From NCBI RefSeq assembly GCF_000002075.1, contig NW_004797470.1:899491-963490 (forward strand): a DNA stretch of 64,000 nt, in the 5' to 3' direction. The position numbers and the translations under genes are program-made. The notes under the pieces are model-generated. The model made no database searches and had not been told where the DNA came from. It saw only the letters and a program-made list of their open reading frames with translations. How positions within the stretch are numbered: position 1 is the first letter of the stretch; every line of letters starts with the position of its first letter. This stretch comes from Aplysia californica. Lineage: Eukaryota. Positions 62,768-64,000 of the stretch are shown here, piece by piece.

Positions 62768-63967
62768 GCATCTGCTATTTGTGGAAAAGAGGACTATGCA
62801 AAAATGATCTCCTAGTTCTTCCTCTATGGATAAGAGTAATAATCTCAGCACTGAACACTCACAATAAAAGTGTCATCTGGGAGTGAAATGTTGACCAGGG
62901 CTTGCTTCCATGTAGATCCTTGTGGGCCAGACAAAGAGAACAGGAGCTTGGAATGACCATCGACGATTGTCTGTGAATAGAATAATGTAAGACTTAGATA
63001 TATAGACTTGTTCCTGGTTGAATATTGTTGAGATTTAACTCTTTGACTTTGAGCCCTGACCTCCTGGGAATACCGTGCCTCTCTGCCTGAGCTCCAAAGC
63101 AATATATTACTAACTTTAATATGATCGTCAAAATCACATTCCATATACCACTCAGGGTATAGTAAAACATCCTCATCATTACCACCATCTAATTCAGAGA
63201 GATCTTCATATTAATCAATAATGTCTTCTGTAGTAAACGCTGTTTTTCGTAGCGTTTTGTCTCAGGTGGACCGGGTTGGAGATGAGGTCTCAATCCCCGG
63301 TGCACCAGTGGCTAGGCACACGGACAGTTTTAAACACCACCAGTGCACCAGTGGCTAGGCACACGGACAGTTTTAAACACCACCAGTGTACCAGAGACAA
63401 GGGCTCAAATGGTTAAAGCAGAAACAAAGCGTGCCTTGTTCTTCTGTCCTCGTAACCCATTTAAGTATAATGATCTGTAAGAAGGCTATCATGGAGTGGG
63501 AGGTTGGAGGCGCCACTGTTCAGTCCCTCTTTTCTTTCTTTCTGTTGTTTATGCCTATCTTCTTGCTTTTTCCAAGAGAAAATGATCATTGTTATCTTTA
63601 TATTTTTTTCGCTCAAACTAAAAAAGGCTATTTTTGTACTGCAAAAACTTGAGGTTCATGTTCAAATAAATGGAAAATAAATTATGTTTCTTTTTCCAAC
63701 TTAGTCAAACGGGACATAGAATATTTACAATCAGATCCTTATCCTTTTTTCGTTTAAAGTAAACAACGTGACATGCATTTTTTTAAATGCCATTTGCCAT
63801 TACCTTTATGGTAACATTGAGAGAGCCGATGTTGTCCCCGTACATGTGGTACCAGAAGGAGAAACAGAAGAAGTCGCTCTGAGACACCACGGCAATCTCC
63901 TGTGAGTCCAGTTCGGCTATGTCTCCTGGCTGGCTGGGCTGGCTAGACTCCAGGTAGATGTACTGGC
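3192..63967 (-). CDS. MALRD1: Giant MAM and LDL-receptor class A domain-containing transmembrane protein (MALRD1-like), spliced, 47 coding exons in window, 5'-incomplete
   Basis: Exons joined by hand at GT..AG sites with matching phases give one reading frame of repeated MAM domains (CxFE..C.W, GP..DHT, F.YHMYG, GDIAIDD) and LDLa domains (C..F.C...C....CD...DC.DGSDE..C), then EGF, TM and an NPxY tail. The symbol denotes family likeness; orthology not tested. Confidence 0.9.
3333..3562. mobile_element. Small TIR element
   Basis: taagcacaagggggcta ... tagcccgcttgtcctta inverted ends. Confidence 0.5.
3600..4175 (+). mobile_element. 5'-truncated RTE-type LINE (post-RT C-terminal region)
   Basis: ORF 3649..4059: [46 protein letters not shown]; (GAT)n tail. 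Confidence 0.85.
4825..4887 (-). CDS. Exon 46: cytoplasmic ([21 protein letters not shown])
   Basis: cag/GTAAG, 63 nt, phase 0 to 0. Confidence 0.8.
5819..5900 (-). CDS. Exon 45: cytoplasmic, LTNPVY motif
   Basis: [27 protein letters not shown]; cag/GTAAG, 82 nt. Confidence 0.88.
6720..6816 (-). CDS. Exon 44: transmembrane helix ([32 protein letters not shown])
   Basis: tag/GTGAG, 97 nt; hydrophobic run followed by basic residues. Confidence 0.9.
7649..7835 (+). repeat. 21-bp minisatellite (tggcgccctccaaccacccac), about 9 units
   Basis: Direct reading. Confidence 0.95.
8063..8223 (-). CDS. Exon 43: EGF end ([12 protein letters not shown]) plus Thr/Pro-rich stalk
   Basis: cag/GTGAG, 161 nt. 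Confidence 0.85.
9562..9615 (-). CDS. Exon 42: EGF-like N-half ([17 protein letters not shown]...), donor in N gap
   Basis: Strong ttcag acceptor; EGF Cys spacing; bridges the phase 1 to phase 2 gap between exons 41 and 43. Confidence 0.8.
10476..12064 (+). repeat. Near-identical 795-bp tandem duplication containing a ~30-bp minisatellite and an RTE LINE 3' end
   Basis: 10476-11270 repeats at 11271-12064; the only difference seen is one G in a poly-G run. Confidence 0.95.
12228..12474 (-). mobile_element. RNase H-containing LINE fragment
   Basis: [12 protein letters not shown] (RNase H C-terminal motif) and LARLRSDH. Confidence 0.7.
12673..12818 (-). CDS. Exon 41: last LDLa (CSPTQFTC...[11 protein letters not shown])
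   Basis: cag/GTAAG, 146 nt. Confidence 0.9.
13290..13550 (+). mobile_element. RTE-like LINE 3' fragment
   Basis: Encodes KWFGHLLRM...GRERPCKRW. Confidence 0.6.
13611..13852 (-). CDS. Exon 40: C-half of the last MAM (IRFFALIP...[13 protein letters not shown])
   Basis: cag/GTACG, 242 nt. Confidence 0.9.
14854..18226 (-). CDS. MALRD1: Exon 39: giant 3,373-bp exon (alternating MAM and LDLa)
   Basis: ORF 14707..18243 trimmed to cag acceptor and CAG|GTGAG donor; phase 2 to 0. Confidence 0.95.
18610..19090 (-). mobile_element. Two tandem tRNA-derived SINE copies; same family at about 40-215, 6390-6500 and 30170-30375
   Basis: A/B-box-like head, shared body (atccgtctttctRctgRgatgttg) and tail (taaatgatctaagtt...taaaa). 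Confidence 0.65.
19161..25120 (-). CDS. MALRD1: Exon 38: giant 5,960-bp exon (10 complete and 2 partial MAM, 5 LDLa)
   Basis: ORF 19157..25138 trimmed to cag acceptor and AG|GTAAAT donor; phase 0 to 2. Confidence 0.95.
25992..26330 (-). CDS. Exon 37: LDLa end plus MAM
   Basis: VCDYHPDC...SVDIQ; cag/GTTAG, 339 nt. Confidence 0.9.
27093..27500 (+). repeat. Degenerate ~31-bp minisatellite (cataccttcttgtaagatattttagttccc)
   Basis: Direct reading. Confidence 0.85.
27528..27695 (-). CDS. Exon 36: MAM end plus first half of a 4-Cys LDLa (start of unit B)
   Basis: VDISS...DMAIDD...FTCGDG; cag/GTAGG, 168 nt; absent from the ORF track. Confidence 0.9.
28310..28545 (-). CDS. Exon 35: MAM (HYMLIDTK...NWVHEQ)
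   Basis: cag/GTAAT, 236 nt. Confidence 0.9.
28801..29029 (-). CDS. Exon 34: MAM end plus next MAM start
   Basis: VVFEGVLG...TCDFENGPC; cag/GTGAG, 229 nt. Confidence 0.9.
30385..30638 (-). mobile_element. tRNA-derived SINE
   Basis: Minus: gggtgcggtggcggagcggttaa...gggttcgagcc head, then cacccagcagtaatgagcacctgac block. Confidence 0.65.
30696..30952 (-). CDS. Exon 33: MAM (SYMYTESS...ADYQ)
   Basis: cag/GTGAC, 257 nt. Confidence 0.9.
31899..32039 (-). CDS. Exon 32: MAM start ([12 protein letters not shown]...)
   Basis: cag/GTCAG, 141 nt. Confidence 0.9.
32709..32802 (-). CDS. Exon 31: MAM end (MVFEAVM...GDTAIDD)
   Basis: cag/GTAAT, 94 nt. Confidence 0.9.
32898..33312 (+). mobile_element. 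MITE family A copy (~415-440 bp; TIR core ggtgRaatcaggcgctcgtcaa)
   Basis: Imperfect TIRs; interior shared with four other copies in the window. Confidence 0.85.
33476..33588 (-). CDS. Exon 30: MAM ([17 protein letters not shown]...)
   Basis: cag/GTAGG, 113 nt. Confidence 0.9.
35161..35322 (-). CDS. Exon 29: MAM (YYLYTESS...[12 protein letters not shown])
   Basis: cag/GTGAG, 162 nt. Confidence 0.9.
35849..35995 (-). CDS. Exon 28: MAM start ([13 protein letters not shown]...)
   Basis: cag/GTGAG, 147 nt. Confidence 0.9.
36727..37170 (-). mobile_element. MITE family A copy, nested in a Tigger/pogo-like MITE (36632-37268)
   Basis: TIRs; host bounded by TA-CAGTCAAA ... TTCAACTG-TA. Confidence 0.85.
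37456..37597 (-). CDS. Exon 27: MAM end plus Thr/Pro linker
   Basis: IVFDGEIG...GDVAIDD; cag/GTGAG, 142 nt. Confidence 0.9.
37797..38233 (+). mobile_element. MITE family A copy
   Basis: TIRs and shared interior. Confidence 0.85.
38645..38945. repeat. (CT)n microsatellite and polypyrimidine tract
   Basis: Direct reading; other microsatellites at 5958-6075 (GACA/GGCA), 6862-7260 (GA/TG), 13026-13205 (TTA), 25196-25279 (CA), 49266-49372 (CA), 51841-51900 (CAT), 52379-52435 (CTA), 60451-60535 (CA), 61491-61563 (GACA). Confidence 0.95.
38980..39110 (-). CDS. Exon 26: MAM (VGTLRLYF...GDQGDQW...PYQ)
   Basis: cag/GTGGG, 131 nt. Confidence 0.9.
40170..40292 (-). CDS. Exon 25: MAM (YYMYIESS...FWYFMYGA)
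   Basis: cag/GTAAG, 123 nt. Confidence 0.9.
41035..41269 (-). CDS. Exon 24: MAM end plus next MAM start
   Basis: VIFEGVVG...TCDFEYDQC; cag/GTCAG, 235 nt. Confidence 0.9.
41981..42246 (-). CDS. Exon 23: MAM ([10 protein letters not shown]...GNFN)
   Basis: cag/GTAAG, 266 nt. Confidence 0.9.
42978..43206 (+). repeat. 21-bp minisatellite (cattctattccagctatgggg/gaggt)
   Basis: About 11 units with two alternating variants. Confidence 0.9.
43218..43358 (-). CDS. Exon 22: MAM start ([11 protein letters not shown]...)
   Basis: cag/GTTTG, 141 nt. Confidence 0.9.
43949..44039 (-). CDS. Exon 21: MAM end (IAFEGLVG...GDIGLDD)
   Basis: cag/GTAAG, 91 nt. Confidence 0.9.
44265..45771. mobile_element. TTAA-flanked (piggyBac-like) non-autonomous element carrying nested MITEs
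   Basis: TTAA-CTCTT ... AAGAG-TTAA with degenerate ~45-bp TIRs. Confidence 0.6.
45223..45661 (-). mobile_element. MITE family A copy
   Basis: TIRs and shared interior. Confidence 0.85.
45789..45964 (-). CDS. Exon 20: MAM ([11 protein letters not shown]...KNYQ)
   Basis: cag/GTCAG, 176 nt. Confidence 0.9.
46517..46738 (-). CDS. Exon 19: MAM ([11 protein letters not shown]...)
   Basis: cag/GTACT, 222 nt. Confidence 0.9.
47206..47308 (-). CDS. Exon 18: MAM end (IVVQSNP...[11 protein letters not shown])
   Basis: cag/GTGAG, 103 nt. Confidence 0.9.
47846..47988 (-). CDS. Exon 17: MAM (ELSVSLQ...[16 protein letters not shown])
   Basis: aag acceptor, GTTTG donor, 143 nt, phase-compatible. Confidence 0.8.
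48109..48370 (+). mobile_element. tRNA-derived SINE; related copy at about 1735-1900 (minus)
   Basis: tagtctagtggttagg head, then tgtgtccttgggaaaggcacttta...aatgggtacc central block. Confidence 0.7.
48612..48743 (-). CDS. Exon 16: MAM (HYMTVVNG...CRMSFYYM)
   Basis: cag/GTCAG, 132 nt. Confidence 0.9.
49410..49547 (-). CDS. Exon 15: MAM start ([11 protein letters not shown]...)
   Basis: cag/GTAAG, 138 nt. Confidence 0.9.
49600..49778 (-). mobile_element. tRNA-derived SINE; related copy at about 54620-54790
   Basis: Shared gactgagcca...agagcc..aaaactcc body and agctcagt A-box head. Confidence 0.6.
50361..50688. mobile_element. TTAA-flanked (piggyBac-like) MITE
   Basis: ttaa-cacttacagtacc ... 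ggtattgtaagtg-ttaa. Confidence 0.7.
51098..51531 (+). mobile_element. MITE family A copy
   Basis: TIRs and shared interior. Confidence 0.85.
51912..52061 (-). CDS. Exon 14: Thr/Pro linker plus LDLa
   Basis: cag/GTAAG, 150 nt; acceptor chosen by phase. Confidence 0.85.
53046..53139 (-). CDS. Exon 13: MAM end ([19 protein letters not shown]...)
   Basis: tag/GTGAG, 94 nt. Confidence 0.9.
54020..54173 (-). CDS. Exon 12: MAM ([10 protein letters not shown]...), donor lost in N gap
   Basis: cag acceptor; frame runs into the gap at 54019. Confidence 0.85.
55217..55323 (-). CDS. Exon 11: MAM ([19 protein letters not shown]...SCE)
   Basis: cag/GTATG, 107 nt. Confidence 0.9.
55894..56043 (-). CDS. 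Exon 10: MAM start ([15 protein letters not shown]...)
   Basis: cag/GTAGG, 150 nt. Confidence 0.9.
57214..57449 (+). mobile_element. MITE family B (~240 bp); further copies at about 34141-34380 and 33715-33970
   Basis: TIR tgtgaagtgtgctgacaaaatgagttac / gtaactc...cctcaca; shared interior. Confidence 0.75.
57500..57619 (-). CDS. Exon 9: LDLa (CASNQFTC...[12 protein letters not shown])
   Basis: cag/GTAAG, 120 nt. Confidence 0.9.
58191..58275 (-). CDS. Exon 8: MAM end ([22 protein letters not shown])
   Basis: cag/GTAAG, 85 nt. Confidence 0.9.
58300..58650 (+). mobile_element. Degenerate RTE-type LINE fragment related to 3600-4175
   Basis: tagaggcaacagaaatgtggattcttagga...gaaggaaaagaaaacc aligns with about 3800-3870. 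Confidence 0.7.
59193..59323 (-). CDS. Exon 7: MAM (IGRLMVV...GNQGNKWQ...PFR)
   Basis: cag/GTATG, 131 nt. Confidence 0.9.
59750..59878 (-). CDS. Exon 6: MAM (YYLYVDAS...FFYHMYGS)
   Basis: cag/GTGAG, 129 nt. Confidence 0.9.
60248..60382 (-). CDS. Exon 5: MAM start ([11 protein letters not shown]...)
   Basis: cag/GT, 135 nt. Confidence 0.9.
60689..60802 (-). CDS. Exon 4: 4-Cys LDLa (start of super-repeat unit A)
   Basis: FSCGD...VCDFKRDC...DETVC; cag/GTAAG. Confidence 0.9.
61733..61820 (-). CDS. Exon 3: MAM end ([19 protein letters not shown]...C)
   Basis: cag/GTAGG, 88 nt; absent from the ORF track. Confidence 0.9.
62863..62970 (-). CDS. Exon 2: MAM ([23 protein letters not shown]...)
   Basis: cag/GTGAG, 108 nt, phase 0 to 0. 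Confidence 0.9.
63804..63967 (-). CDS. Exon 1 (in window): MAM middle (QYIYLESS...[18 protein letters not shown])
   Basis: cag acceptor, GTAATG donor; phase 1 to 0. Confidence 0.9.
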
Positions 63968-64000
63968 CTGATCGCAACAGTAAGTGACATCAGTCTTAGT

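Noticed and set aside
41715-63390. Short local tandem duplications (about 41715-41920, 44080-44230, 63301-63390)
   Set aside because: Ordinary intronic slippage duplications with no sign of function.

Overview
Animal (invertebrate) genomic DNA with AT-rich, repeat-rich introns, microsatellites and N gaps; the repeat landscape suggests a mollusc (inference). Almost the whole window is the 3' part of one minus-strand gene for a giant type I membrane receptor of the MAM and LDL-receptor class A family (MALRD1/Diet1-like). I traced 47 phase-compatible coding exons from 63967 to the stop at 3192 (about 15.9 kb CDS, about 5,300 aa); the 5' end lies beyond the window and two exon ends fall in N gaps. 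In-window architecture: 27 MAM (first partial), 15 LDLa, one EGF, a Thr/Pro stalk, a TM helix and a 77-aa tail with two NPxY motifs and a terminal -SEA. The ectodomain contains a 12-domain super-repeat (L-M-L-M-L-M7). One copy is split by 32 introns; the next has only 2 and lies mostly in a 5,960-bp exon, followed by a 3,373-bp exon. Other items: a diverged duplicate of the TM exon, a 66-bp hairpin in the likely 3' UTR, a 795-bp tandem duplication, nested MITEs, SINE and LINE fragments, and a Tc1/mariner transposase relic.
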